64,000 nt of DNA, from NCBI RefSeq assembly GCF_009914755.1, contig NC_060925.1. The stretch is one strand, 5' to 3'. The notes beneath the pieces were generated by a model, which saw only the letters and a program-made list of their open reading frames with translations, searched no databases and was not told the origin of the DNA. The DNA is from the human T2T-CHM13v2.0 reference genome, Homo sapiens. Of the stretch, positions 1 through 16,847 are shown in pieces. The translations under genes were made by a program, and so were the position numbers. The stretch's first letter is position 1; each line of letters starts with the position of its first letter.

Positions 1-1194
1 CCAACTAGCATGGAAGTGGCTTAATATTTCAACAACTGGTTTGCTGCATTCACATATCCTGCCTTCCCACGTACCCTGTCACCCCACTAAGAGCAGGTGT
101 TCTAGAAAGCATCTGCCCCTTTCAAAAGAGAAAGCAAGTCTGCAAAGAGTCCCAAGATAGCAAAAAATGACAATGCTGTTTTGCCAGCCCATCAGGTCTC
201 AAAAATGATCCCCACATTCTCTGTCCCCCAACACATCTTTGGACAAGTGGGGAATCCAGTCTCCATTCTCTGCTCCCCCAGTATACATCTCCCTATGAAG
301 CACCAACCTATTAATAGATTCTGATTTAGGAATATATTATAATATAATATAGTATAATAATCCCATGGTTCTCTTCCTGGAAGTGTCAGAGGTAATCAGA
401 GGGGCCAACAGACAGGGGCAGCCTCAGTTCCTATATAAATTTCTACCTGCTCAGGAGATTTATAGAGATGGATGGCTGCATGGGGGTGGGAGGGGTGAGA
501 GCCAGTAGCAGAAGGGATGACTTACGATTGCTGTCGACACAGGCAGGCCCTTGTTGCTGGAAATGGCTTTCTTGTTGCCTCTGTTGGTTGAAGCCTCAAC
601 AAATGTAGAAAGATGAACTGAGGGTCTCATCAGGGGCTGAGGTTTTCTAAGGCGGAGATCATTAGCAAGAATAATTCTTCCCCATGCATAGCATTTATCA
701 TCCCTGCCCTTGGCAGGGGCTGGTGGATCTAGTAGTTCCAGAAAAGAACGGTGGCAGAGGTCGGTCAGGATGTGAATGACAATTGCCAAATCCAAAGTTA
801 TTATTACCTGCTCCCCTGCCATCACCGCCTTCCTGAGAAAAGTTGGCCTGTTCAATTAGCTTAATGACATGGTGGGAGATGGTATTTTCAAACAGTGAAA
901 ACAGCTGGGCTGCGATCGCTGTGGTTTCTGGCATGAAGCACGTCTGGCAGCCTTGACTGTGGCACAGGGACCTTATCAGCATGACACACATTTTGGGAAA
1001 TGTTGTAATTCAGCATTGACACCTCGATCAATAGTGTCATTTTGGAGCTGTCTTCCCAGGGAAACAGACAAGGTATTAGCCTCAAACGGTTCAGCAGTCT
1101 CTGCAGTGGCAGTAGGTACTTGTCCCTATCCCCCATTCTGGTTCTGCTGGTTCCTATGTGTGGCCATGCCATCTGCTGCACACACTGTCTGAGT

Positions 1195-1395
1195 GCGAGC
1201 TCTGAAGTCAGGCATGGGCTCAAGTCCTGCTCTACCACTCAATCCCAGTGTAATCCTGGGCAAGATACTTAATTACTCACCTTCCCCCGCTTAAGAAATG
1301 ATACTGACAATCAAGTGTTATGGGCGTAAAACCATAAAGAGAATGTATATAACGAGATCTGGTCCCCGCCTGGCACACTGGAAGTTTCCCCTAAG
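1195..1395 (+). mobile_element. MIR SINE relic
   Basis: MIR core-like text 'gggctcaagtcctgctctaccact...tgggcaagatacttaa'; boundaries approximate. Confidence 0.65.
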
Positions 1396-2469
1396 CATTA
1401 ACTGTTGGGGCTGTCCTCTCTTCTCTCTCCTTTTCTTTTATTCTGCTCTCTTTTGGTCTGTGCCTCTGTCTCTGTGTACCCATCACTAAACCTTTCTTAG
1501 TATCTCTCTCTGCTTTGGTCTTTGTCAGTTTGTCTCTGTTTTTAGTTCCTCTCTCTCTCCTCTGTGCTCTCTGGGTCTCTTTGTCTCAGCCTTCATTTCT
1601 TCCTCTATCTCTCTCCTTGGCTATTTAATATTTCCTGGAAGCTTAGACTTGGGGCATTATGGTATCAGAGGGTTTTCAAATCTTGTGCAGGGAAAATGAA
1701 CTCTCCTGAATGGTGATCCCCATAGGCTCAGTGAAGCTCGAACTGTGAAATCTAGAGTTTACTACTTAATTATCTTGCCTGAAGCTGTGCCAACTTGGCT
1801 GGACTGGCAAAGAAACATGCCAGTCAGGAGCCATTCTCCACCTTCCCATTGAACATGGAGATGCAGCTGGGTGCTAAAAATAGGCATCAGGAGGCTGGGG
1901 CAGCTCAGAGCAGGAGGCAAGCTAAAAATACACTTCTGACAATGCAGCCTTCCTGTGCCCCACAGACTGCAGGCTGGCAGGGGCAGGGGCTTCAGGAACC
2001 CTGGGGTCTGAAGCTGTGTGGCCCCAGCTGGGCAGGGGGAGGATGGGGCAGAAGGAACACAGGCAGACGCTCAAGGCTGGCAGGTCCATCAGTAACTTGG
2101 GAGGCACACAGCAGGCTACAGAGTCACAGAAATTGTGAGGCTGCAGAGCACACTTAGGCAGTGAGATGGTTTATGGCTGCCACCCCCAGAGCCAGTGAGA
2201 AGGGAGGTCAGCAGTGGGCACCTGGGTACATCCGAGGTTCCTTTGGCTTTGCCTCTTCACTCTGGCCTCCGTGATTCCCCCCAAAGACTACAACTGCATT
2301 CACTTTTTGCTTATGAACTCTTCTATTCCACCCACAGTTGCCTCCTAGTCCCCAGAAGGGAGAGGTTTCCTGCCCTTCAACCTAACCCCCAATCATGCAG
2401 TCATCCAGAGCTGCCATCCTCTCCAACAGAGAAGACAGACATTTATCTTTGCTGATCACTGACTGGAAA

Positions 2470-2630
2470 TCCCAGCAATCCTGTAAGTTGGTATTATTAT
2501 TTTCTTCAAATTACAGATGAGGAAACTGAGGCTTAGGGAGGTGCAGTAAATTGCCTGAAGTTTTGCAGCGAGTCAGTGAGAGACCAGATTTGAATCTCTT
2601 TTTGTCTGACTGTAAATTCTCTGCTCTCTC
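2470..2630 (-). mobile_element. MIR SINE relic
   Basis: 'ttacagatgaggaaactgaggcttagggagg' is the antisense MIR core. Confidence 0.8.
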
Positions 2631-2638
2631 CTCTACAT

Positions 2639-2862
2639 CAGTGGCTCTCAACTGAGGGTGGTTTTGCCCCACAAGGGACCCTTGACAATGTCTGGAAATA
2701 GTTTTGGCTATTATAACTATGGGAGGGATTGCTATACTGGCTTCTAGTGGATAGGAGCCAGAAACACTGCTAAACATTCTACATTAACAGCCCCCCAACC
2801 CCCGCCACAAGAAAAGTTGCTAGCCCCAAATGTCGAGAGTGCTGAGATTGGGAAGTCTCTGG
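2639..2862. mobile_element. MER20 (hAT-Charlie) DNA transposon
   Basis: 'cagtggctctcaactgagggtggttttgcccc...gacaatgtctgga...gctgagattgggaagtctctg' resembles MER20. Confidence 0.8.
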
Positions 2863-2879
2863 TCTTCATCATGCTGCAT

Positions 2880-2995
2880 CAGTGCTTTCAACAAAGTGGT
2901 TGTCAAACTTGGATCGCATCAGAATTACCTAGGGAGCTTGTTAAATCAGAGACTTGTACCCCACTCCCAGACACTCACATTCACTGAGTCTGTGG
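2880..2995. mobile_element. MER5A fragment
   Basis: 'caaactt...gcatcagaattacctagggagcttgttaaa' MER5A motif. Confidence 0.65.
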
Positions 2996-3871
2996 AAGCC
3001 CTGCTCCACCCTCCACCCTCATTCCAGGAAGTGCACACTTAGATATTCCATGTTTCCACTGAGAAACACTTTCCAAGAAAAGGGTGCAAAGGGGCAGATG
3101 CCAGGTCCCTGTCAGCTGTGAATAGACCCCTGACACAAGGTGAGCACTTGGAAAACATTCCCTTAGAGGGACCAAGGAACCAGGTAGCCTCAAAAGGTAA
3201 AACTCCTGTGGGCCCAGAGCACCAATTTTGTGGCCTCCCTTACCAGCATATCAAATGCCTGACAAATTGCTTACCTTGGCCCATGGTCAATGGAAGTGTG
3301 AATCAGTATGTCCTGCTCCCAACTCTTCTTCTGATATAAGCAAGGTGATACAGAGCACAGATGGGACTGTTTGGATTAGCAGCTAAAATAAGAATGAGTG
3401 AAACCACAGGTGCATTGTCAAGATTAATATGCAGGCAGCTTCAGAATTGGAATGGTACCAGGTAACATCATGCCTCAATAGGAAGAGTAATATGAATTGA
3501 CTTGAGACAAAGGGAAGACAAATGGAAAGTGACAAGCACAAAGGGGAGCAGCAAGAACCAAGGGGCTGTGTAACTAAGAATTCCATGTGGCCCATCACAC
3601 AGCCTGCCCCCCTTGGCTATTTCTTCCCCATCATCCAGGAAAATTGCCCAGGACTAGGCTTCTAAGCATCTGGATACACAAAGCACCCTGCCCCATGTCA
3701 ATAACACCTCCCCTATTGTTGTCAATTTGGTTCAACAGATGTTTACCTCAGACAGGGAAGATAAATGAGACACTATTGTAGGAAAGAAAAGCCAGGTGCT
3801 CTGAGCATCTTCACTTCATAGGAATCACAATTAGGAGTGTGAGCAGAGGTCTGAGCCAGGAATAAAGAAGG

Positions 3872-4160
3872 CTTCCTTCTTTCCCTCCTTCCTTCCTTCC
3901 TTCCCTCCCACCCTCCTTTCTTCCTTCTTTCCCTCCTTCCTTCCCTCCCTCCCTCCTTTCTTCCTTCTTTCCCCCTTCCTTCCTTCCCTCACTCCCTCCC
4001 TCCCTCCTTCCTTCCCTCCTTCCTTCTTTCCTTCTTTCCCTCCCTCCTTTCCTCCCTCCTTCCTTCCTTCTTTCCTTCCTTCCTTCCCTCCTTCCTTCCT
4101 TCCTTCCTTCTCACTCCCTCCCTCCCTCCCTCTCTTTCTCCTTCCTTCCCTGCCTGCCTT
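3872..4160. repeat. (CCTT)n/(CCCT)n polypyrimidine microsatellite
   Basis: ~290 bp almost entirely C/T; source of spurious ORFs 3831..4199 and 3989..4174. Confidence 0.97.
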
Positions 4161-4879
4161 CTGAGAACATGCAAGTGTAGGGGCCCTGGTGGAAAGCACC
4201 CTCCATCCAGACTGCTAGAGCATCCCTAAGCAAGGCTTATGGGGGATGGGTTTTTAGTTTGTGATTTGGGTTAGTGGCAGCTTTGCTTTTGTCTCTACTG
4301 CTCAGATGGCAGGAACTTAGAGGTCCAGCAGGGCTCTATTAATTGGAGATTGTTACTGGATAAAGATAGGTGATCCTCAGAATCAAGAAGAAAATGAGTT
4401 TATACCCACAGGAAGAAGAATATTTTTAACTGTCAGGCTGACAAATTGGGAAATCTTGAGAGACCCAGAATTGGTGTGGAAGCAGGATTATACCAAATAG
4501 CTCTGATGTAGATCCTGCTTGCCGTAGATTTCTACTATCTGCCAGGCTAGAGTAGGTGTTCAATAAATATCTGTTGAATGAGTAACTAAGCCCTCATTAT
4601 ACCAATGGAGATAAAGAATGGTGAGCCCTTTTCTTATAGCACACTTTCCATTGTGTTCTTTTTATTCTCATATTGACTGTTTTATACATCACTGAAATCT
4701 AGAGAGATACCCAGACTTTTACAAATGTGAGACTCCTAACATGCATGGTGTCCAATTTATACAGTAGCTTCCCAGTCTTGTATCTGTTGCTCATGGTAGA
4801 TGTGTAGATTTGGTCTCAGGTTCCAATCCCTGTGGCTTCAGGTGATGGGGCTAGGCATGGATCCAACTCAAGCTGGGCC

Positions 4880-7800
4880 ATTAATGCATGTAACAGATTT
4901 TTATTGAACTCCTAGGAATGCAAGCCCTAGTGCCAGACAGGGAAAATAAAAAAATGAACAAAAAGAGTATCCATTTTTGTCTAAACCACATCCTACATTC
5001 GGAGAATGGTATCAATCAAATGATAATAAAACTATAAAATTTAGCTGTGATTGAGTATCCTAGATGACAGTTACAGGACAGGATGTGATTGCTTGATAAA
5101 GTTGACCTAATGTAAGTTGAGGCAGCAAGAAAGTTTTCCCTTGAAGAAGTGACGTTTTAGCTCAGAGCAGATGGATAATAGGATTTAAAGATGGTGGAGT
5201 GAGTGGGTGCAGTTTTCTGGGGAGAGGCCTAAAATGGTTCATCTCTGTGTCCCCGCTCAAATCTCATCTTGAATTGTAATCCCCATGTTACAGGGGAGGG
5301 ACCTGGTGGGCGGTGATTGAATCATGGTGGTGCTTTCCTCCAAGCTGTTCTTGTGATAGTGAGCAACTTCTCACGAGATCTGATGGTTTAAAAGTGTGTG
5401 GCAGTTCCCCCTTCAAGCTCTCTCTCTCTTCTCCTGCCACCATGTAAGATGTTCCTTGCCTCCTCTTCCCCTTCCACCATGATTGTAAGTTTCCTGAGGC
5501 CTCCTCAGCAATATGGAACTGTGAGTCAATTAAACCTCTTTACTTTATAAATTACCCAGTCTCAGGTAGTTCTTTATAGCAGTGTGAAAATGGACTAATA
5601 CAGAAAATTGATGCTAGAAGAGTAGGGTACTGCTATAAAGATACCTGAAAATGTGGAAGCAACTCTGGAACTGAGTAACAGGCAGAGGTTGGAACAGTAT
5701 GGAGGGCTTGGGAGAAAACAGGAAGATGTGGGAAAGTTTTGAAATTCCTACTGACTGTTGAATGGTTTTGACCACAATTCTGATAGTGATATGGACAATG
5801 AACTCAGGCTGAGGTGGTATCAGAAGGAGATTAGGAACTTATTGGGAGCTGGAATAAAGGTCACTCTTGCTATGCTTTAGCAAAGAGATTGGCAGCATTT
5901 TCCCCTGCCCTAGAGATATGTGGAACTTGGAACTTGAGAGAGATAATTTAGGGTATCTGGAGGAAGAAATAACTAAGCAGCAAAGCATTCAAGATGTTAC
6001 CTGGCTGTTTCTAACAGCATATACTCATATGCATTCACAAAGAGATGATCTGAAATTGAAACTTATGTTCAAAAGGGAAGCAGAACATAAAAATTTGGAA
6101 AATTTGCAGCCTGACCATGCTGTAGAAAAGAAAAACCAATTTTCTGGGGGAAAAATTCAAGCTGGCTGAAGAAATTTGCATAAGCAACAAGGCACCAAAT
6201 GTTAATAGCCAAGATAATGGGGAAAATGTCTCCAGGGCATTTCAGAGATCTTCACAGCAGCCTTTCCCATCACAGGCCCAGAAAGCTAGGAGGGAAAAAT
6301 GGTTTCATGGGCTGGGCCCAGGACCCCACTACTCTGTGTAGCCTCAGAACATGGCACCCTGTGTTCCAGCCACTCCAGCTCCAGCCATGGCTAAAAGAGG
6401 CCAAGGTACAGCTTGGGTCATTGCTTCGGAGGGTGCAAGTCCCAAACATTGACAGCTTCCATATGTGTTGGGCCTGTGAGCACACAGAAGACAAGAGTGG
6501 AGGTTTGGGAACCTCCATCTAGATTTCAGATGATGTGTGGAAACACCTGGATATCCAGGCAGAAGTCTGCTGCAGGGGTGAAGCCCTCACAGAGGACCTC
6601 TACTAGGTCAAGCAGAGGGGAAATGTGGGGTTGGAGCCCCCACACAGAGTCCCCACTAGGGAACTGCCTAGTGGAGCTGTAAGAAGAGGGCCACCATCCT
6701 CCAGACCCCAGAATGGTAGATCTACCAACACTTGCACCATGCACCTGGAAAAGCCATGGGCACTCAATGCCAGCTGTGAAAGCAGCCATGGGGGCTGCAC
6801 CCTGCAGAGCCAAGGGGCAGAGCTTCCCAAGGTCTTGGGAGCCCACCCCTTGCCTCAGCATGCCCTTGACATGAGACATGGAGTCAAAGGTGATTATTTC
6901 AGAGCTTTAAGATTTAATAGTTGCCCTCTGGATTTTAGACTTGCATTGGGTCTGTAGCCCCTTGGTTTTGGCCAACTTCTCCCTTTTTGAATGGGAACAT
7001 TTACCCAATGCCTGTACTCCCATTGTATCTTAGAAGTAACTAACTTGTTTTTGGTTTTACAGGCTCATAGGCAGAAGGGACTTGTCTCAGGTGAGACTTT
7101 GGACTTGGACATTTGAGTTAATGCTGGAATAAGCTAGCACTTTCAGAGACTGTTGGGAAGGCATGATTGGTGTTAAAATGTGAGAAGAACATGAGATTTG
7201 GGAGACTGCAGGGTCAGAATGATATGGTTTGGTTCTGTGTCCCTGCCCAAATCTCATCTCAAATTGCAATCCCCTCATGTCAGGGGAGGGACCTGGTGGG
7301 AGGTGATTGGGTCATGGGGGTGGTTTTCTCCATGTTGTTCTCGTGATAGTGAGTGACTTCTCATAAGATTTGGTGGTTTAAAAGTGTGTGGCAATTCCCC
7401 CTTCATGCACTCTCTCTCTTTCTCCTGTTGCAATGTAAGATGTGCCTTGCTTCCCCTTCCCCTTCCACCATGATTGTAAGTTTCCTGAGGCCTCCCCAGC
7501 CATGTGGAACTGTGAGTCAATTAAGCCTCTTTTCTTTACAAATTACCCAATCTCAAGTAGTTCTTTATAGCAGTGTGAAAAAGGACTAACACAAGGCCCA
7601 ATATTGGAGGGAGCTTTCTAATTTTAAAGAATTGAAAATGAAGGCCAGCAAGAGATGAGGAGAGAGAGAGAAAGCCAGTATGAGTTACCAGCACAGGTGA
7701 TTTAACAGTACACCTTCATGAGTGGTTGCCCAGAAACGTTTTTCCACTGAGTTTGTCCTCAGTAGCCTTGACTAAGCAAAAGCCAGTGTGGCAGAAATGG

Positions 7801-8625
7801 GAGAAGAAAGAGTGCACCAAAATATGAGATTGGAGAGACAGGTGGGCCAGAAAACGTAGGATGTCAAGGATTTAGGATTTTATTCTAATCCCAGGAGGAA
7901 TCTTAAATCGGAATCTTAAGTCTATTTTCATTTACACAATGAAGTGCTTTGATTAGGTTTGTATTTTAAAAAAAATTCTTCTGGCCCAATATAGAGAATG
8001 GTCAGCATATTAGAGAGAGTGTAAAAATGGTGTGGAGATACTCATTAAGAAGCTATCATATTAATCTAGGCAGTCTAATAGCTTGAACTAAGGAAGTGTC
8101 AAGGAAGATAGAGAGAAAAGATATTTAGGAAATAAAATATATAAATTTGATGATGGACTAGGTGTAAGGAATAAAGAAAGGGAAAATGTCAAGGACAATG
8201 ACAATAAGGATATCCACCCATGGAAAGGAAAATGTCAAGGACAATGACAAAGAGCTCACTCTTGAATGGATAAGAATGTGTGAACACTAGAAAACTACCT
8301 AACTGGGTGGGGTGGGAGTGGGGAGGAAGGTGGGTGGAGAGAGTGTGAGCTTTGTTTTGCATATATAAAATTAGAATTGTCTTTGAAATTTTTTAAAAAA
8401 TGGAGCAATCAAGTAGGCCAGTGGATGTATGGGTCTTGAGTTCAGAAGGAATGTCTAGGATGGTTTATACATTTGGGAATCATCAGTGTAGTCACTGAAG
8501 CCATGGGAATGGATGAGGTCACCAAGAGAGCTAGCATAGAACAAGAACAAAAGAGGCAAAGGTGGATACATCTGCAAAGGACTGAAGGGGTGCCAAGATA
8601 GGGGGAAAACCAGGCATGCAGTACC
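4880..8625 (-). mobile_element. L2 LINE relic interrupted by THE1D
   Basis: Antisense L2-like text on both sides of the provirus (4880-5229 and ~7599-8625); boundaries approximate. Confidence 0.6.
5230..7593 (+). mobile_element. Complete THE1D (ERVL-MaLR) provirus: LTR 5230-5602, internal 5603-7219, LTR 7220-7593
   Basis: Two ~373-bp direct LTRs ending 'ggactaa(t/c)aca'; THE1-int-like body; 5-bp TSD AGGCC at 5225-5229 and 7594-7598. Confidence 0.92.
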
Positions 8626-9073
8626 AATTGAATTCTCTCCCTGACAGGTGTGAGTTAGGACCCAGAGATTAAGGTTAATTGGTTTTGAGCACCAGCACTA
8701 AAGGAGCATGGGTAGTAGGGCAGGGAGGGGGCATTTCTGCCACATGCACACAGTGCCTAGAATGCCGGTCTGCAGGGAGTAATGAGGGGCAGAGCAGAAG
8801 CAGAGAGAAGAGGCCACACACCACACAGCCCAGACAGATGGGGTCTGGGCCTCCAGCTCCCCACCTTCCTTAAGTTCCATGGCCAAGGAGATACCTATGT
8901 GTGCTTCCTGTGAGCCCACTTTTCACCGTGAGCTGGTTTGAGTGTTGTTTTTCTTGCTGGTGAAGCATGAAGCCAGGAGAGAGCAAGCCTGTGTTGGAGG
9001 TAGGAAGCTGATGGTCCTGAGCAGGGCAGGCACAGGTAGACAGAGCCCAGAGAGTGAGAGAAAGCCAGATCTA

Positions 9074-9305
<232 letters not shown>

Positions 9306-10809
9306 TCAATTTAGGTGAGAACACAGAGGCTTAGGGACTTTCTCAGGGTCACAACACTAGTGCTCAAAAGATGAGACTAATAACTAATCCTTCCGATGTC
9401 TGGTGCAAAACAGTAGTTATATAGGGGAGAGAAAAGAGTGACTGTTTTGTAAGGGTCTGTAAGGAGAAATAATTAGGAACCAGTATAGGTATATTAGTTA
9501 GTGATTAATGGAATAAAAATGGCACCTGGGAAGGATGACTTGAATTGCTATGATAAGGATAGATTAAAGAGGAAAGCTGGAAAAGGGGAAGTTTATTCCA
9601 ATATCTAGTCCTAGTAGGAAGTGGCAGCATCTCCTGACCCTACCACAGTGGGCAGGGGTGGAGAAAGCAGAAAAGGATCAAGCCCCTTCATAGGCTCAGA
9701 GTGAAATAAAGCTTTCAAAGACAAGTAAAGAACCTCTACAAGTAATGGATGAGCTGATTTGCTTGGACCTGTTTTAGGTCTCAGTGACCTTATAGCTCCT
9801 CACACCCTAGGTGTGTTGCTCTTTGGTTCCCACTCACCTGTGGATGGAGGATGATGAGAAAAGGAAGAGGCTGGTTTGGGAGAGGGAGACTAAGGTGATC
9901 AGGAAAGCTACCAACGTCCCCACAAACCAGGGGTGGGCTCCAGATACAGAGGGGACAGGGAGAGTGATCTGGGACACCTATGCTAATGCTCCTTGAATTG
10001 GGTACTAGATTCTGAGAATGAGGGGCTGCCCTGAAAATGGGAGTCTGAGTTAAGAGTGGGAGAAATGAGCTTGGAATGCGGGATGATCTGGAAAGGCAGG
10101 GTGATGCAAGGAAGGGGTCACTGTTGATTCTGGAGTGTTCTCGAATAGGGGGACTTGCTCGGAAGGGGAGAATAAGATCCGGGCATGTAGAGCTGCTCTA
10201 GGAAGGTGGAGACTATGGGAAATAGGAACCAGAAAGAGATGTTCTGGGAACAGGGCCGTACTGGAATGGAGCTTAGTGCAAGGAGTTGGAAAGCTAGTGA
10301 ATGTAGGAGGCCTCAAGCCTATCCATGACACAAATTGCTTTCCTGAACTGATTTGGCAGGGATATCCCTTTTCAGAAAAGAGTGTCTCCGTGGCAAGTGT
10401 GAGGAAGGGACTTGCAGAGGGGGTCTGCACCCGCCTCAGTGGTGATGAATGGGCTGCAATCAGGCCAAGGGCTTGAAAATATTTTCCGTCAGATAGAAAA
10501 ACCCTGTCATCTCTTTCCCCATTTTATTTCATTCTGTTTCACCTCATATTTCACTTAATGGAAGCTGCCAAGGAGACTCTGATTTTTTTTCCCCTCCTTC
10601 TCCAGCAGCTTATGCAGTCTGTCAGCCTGAGACATGGGTCTTTGGAAGACTCACAGTGAAATAAATTATAAAAGCCTCTAGTTTTAGGGTGTGTGTCCAT
10701 GTGCATTTCTGTGTGTGCAGGCTTGCCTGTGCTCACCTGTGCACCTGAGCATGCATGCGTGTGTCAGCATAGGTGTGAGTGACAAAACTCAATCCATGTG
10801 GAACAAGGA

Positions 10810-10975
10810 GATGAATGTATGGGTTTGAGTTCTGCCTCTGATATTTAGCATCCCTGTGCACCCTGAGCCTCAATGGCCTCACTTGTAAAATGAATATAAT
10901 AATACAGTCCCTTCATACTTCAGAAGCTTGTGTCACAGGGACATAAATACAGTCTGTGATCAATACATGCTACTG
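10810..10975 (+). mobile_element. MIR relic
   Basis: 'gggtttgagttctgcctctg...gagcctcaatggcctcacttgtaaaatg'. Confidence 0.6.
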
Positions 10976-11568
10976 ATAAGTACAACCACTATCTGTGTCC
11001 TTGAGTGGCTCCTCCTGATCCAGCCTGAGTTCATTGTGGTCTGGTTTGATGCTGCCTCCTCTGACATGCTGGACCCCCAATGCCTTGATCCTCTCAGAGC
11101 CATCACGCCAGTCCCTGATCTTAGCCCTGCTCCATTGACTGCCTCCTCCATGACTGCCCACAGGCCAGAGAAAGTCAGCAAACACATTTTAATGGAGAAC
11201 CCCTAGACTTATTCACCTATTTGCTTAACAAATACCTATTGAGCATTTATTATTGAAGAGATTCTTTCCTGAGTCTGGGCAAACAGTGTTGGATAAAACA
11301 AAGGCCCTATGCACAAGGACCTTTCAAACAAGTTCAATACTTAGAGTTTAAGATAAGGAGTATTATGGTAGATCCAAGCCGGTGGATGATAGCAGTGCAG
11401 AGGAGGGCCCCTGGCCTCAAACTGACCCCTGAAGGAGGGGAGGGAGTTGGCCATGTGAAGGGAACATGTGCGAGGACCCTCAGGCTTTCCACTGCTCAGC
11501 AAATCTTTAAGCCCTCTTTTGAGATCCCCCAAGTCTGTCCGCTAATTTCTCTTCCACATTTTTTTTTT

Positions 11569-11725
11569 GATGAGGTATCCATCACCTCAAGCATTTATTC
11601 TTTCTTTGTGTTACAAACAATCCAATCATACTTTTTTAGTTATTTTTAAATGTACAATAAATTGTTGTTGACTGAAGTCACCTATTGTGTTATCAAGTAC
11701 TAGATCTTATTCATTCTAAATACAC
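11569..11725 (-). other. 157-bp 3' transduction carried by L1 #1 (old L1MA-like 3' UTR sequence)
   Basis: Lies between the L1 tail (T8, 11726-11733) and a second tail (T10, 11559-11568), inside the TSD; AATAAA on minus strand at 11594-11599. Confidence 0.88.
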
Positions 11726-11830
11726 TTTTTTTTATATACTTTAAGTTTTAGGGTACATGTGCACATTGTGCAGGTTAGTTACATATGTATACATGTGCCA
11801 TGCTGGTGCGCTGCACCCACTAACTCGTCA

Positions 11831-15766
<3,936 letters not shown>

Positions 15767-15830
15767 TATGATGTTAGCTGGTTATTTTGCTTGTTAGTTG
15801 ATGCAGTTTCTTCCTAGTCTCAATGGTCTT

Positions 15831-16847
15831 TTACATTTTGGCATGATTTTGCAGCAGCTTGTACTGGTTGTTCCTTTCCATGTTTAGCGCTTCCTTCAGG
15901 AGCTCTTTTAGGGCAGGTCTGGTGGTGACAAAATCTCTCAGCATTTGCTTGTCTGTAAAGGATTTTATTTCTCCTTCACTTATGAAGCTTAGTTTGGCTG
16001 GATATGAAATTCTGGGTTGAAAATTCTTTTCTTTAAGAATGTTGAATATTGGCCCCCACTCTCTTCTGGCTTGTAGAGTTTCTGCCGAGAGATCTGCTGT
16101 TAGTCTGATGGGCTTCCCTTTGAGGGTAACCCGACCTTTCTCTCTGGCTGCCCTTAACATTTTTTGCTTCATTTCAACTTTGGTGAATCTGACAATTATG
16201 TGTCTTGGAGTTGCTCTTCTCGAGGAGTATCTTTGTGGCATTCTCTGTATTTCCTGAATCTGAACGTTGGCCTGCCTTGCTAGATTGGGGAAGTTCTCCT
16301 GGATAATATCCTGCAGAGTGTTTTCCAACTTGGTTCCATTCTCCCCATCACTTTCAGGTACACCAATCAGATGTAGATTTGGTCTTTTCACATAGTCCCA
16401 TATTTCTTGGAGGCTTTGCTCATTTCTTTTTATTCTTTTTTCTCTAAACTTCCCTTCTCGCTTCATTTCATTCATTTCATCTTCCATTGCTGATACCCTT
16501 TCTTCCAGTTGATCTCATCAGCTCCTGAGGCTTCTGCATTCTTCACGTAGTTCTTGAGCCTTGGTTTTCAGCTCCATCAGCTCCTTTAAGCACTTCTCTG
16601 TATTGGTTATTCTAGTTATACATTCGTCTAAATTTTTTTCAAAGTTTTCAACTTCTTTGCCTTTGGTTTGAATGTCCTCCCATAGCTCAGAGTAATTTGA
16701 TCGTCTGAAGCCTTCTTCTCTCAGCTCATCAAAGTCATTCTCCATCCAGCTTTGTTCCGTTGCTGGTGAGGAACTGCGTTCATTTGGAGGAGTAGAGGCG
16801 CTCTGCTTTTTAGAGTTTCCAGTTTTTCTGTTCTGTTTTTTCCCCAT
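15831..16847 (-). pseudogene. L1 #1 ORF1, disrupted
   Basis: MGKKQNRKTG...HAKM, 1017 nt in one frame, with tandem TGA TGA at ~16515-16520. Confidence 0.95.

Noticed and set aside
460-1272. Overlapping ORFs and a minus-strand GTAAGT donor at ~520-525 as a coding exon
   Set aside because: No recognisable protein and no convincing upstream acceptor.
3831-4199. K/E/G/R-rich or F/L/S-rich ORFs here and at 27583-28043 and 63253-63752
   Set aside because: Translations of tetranucleotide microsatellites.
5867-6957. ORFs in the THE1D internal region as functional retroviral genes
   Set aside because: Short, broken remnants in several frames, typical of decayed MaLR internals.
8181-8250. Repeat-spacer-repeat as a mini CRISPR array
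   Set aside because: Only two repeats, human DNA, no cas genes; it is a local duplication within L2.
8305-8323. G-quadruplex motifs here and at 54122-54143
   Set aside because: They match the pattern, but such motifs are common and there is no functional context.
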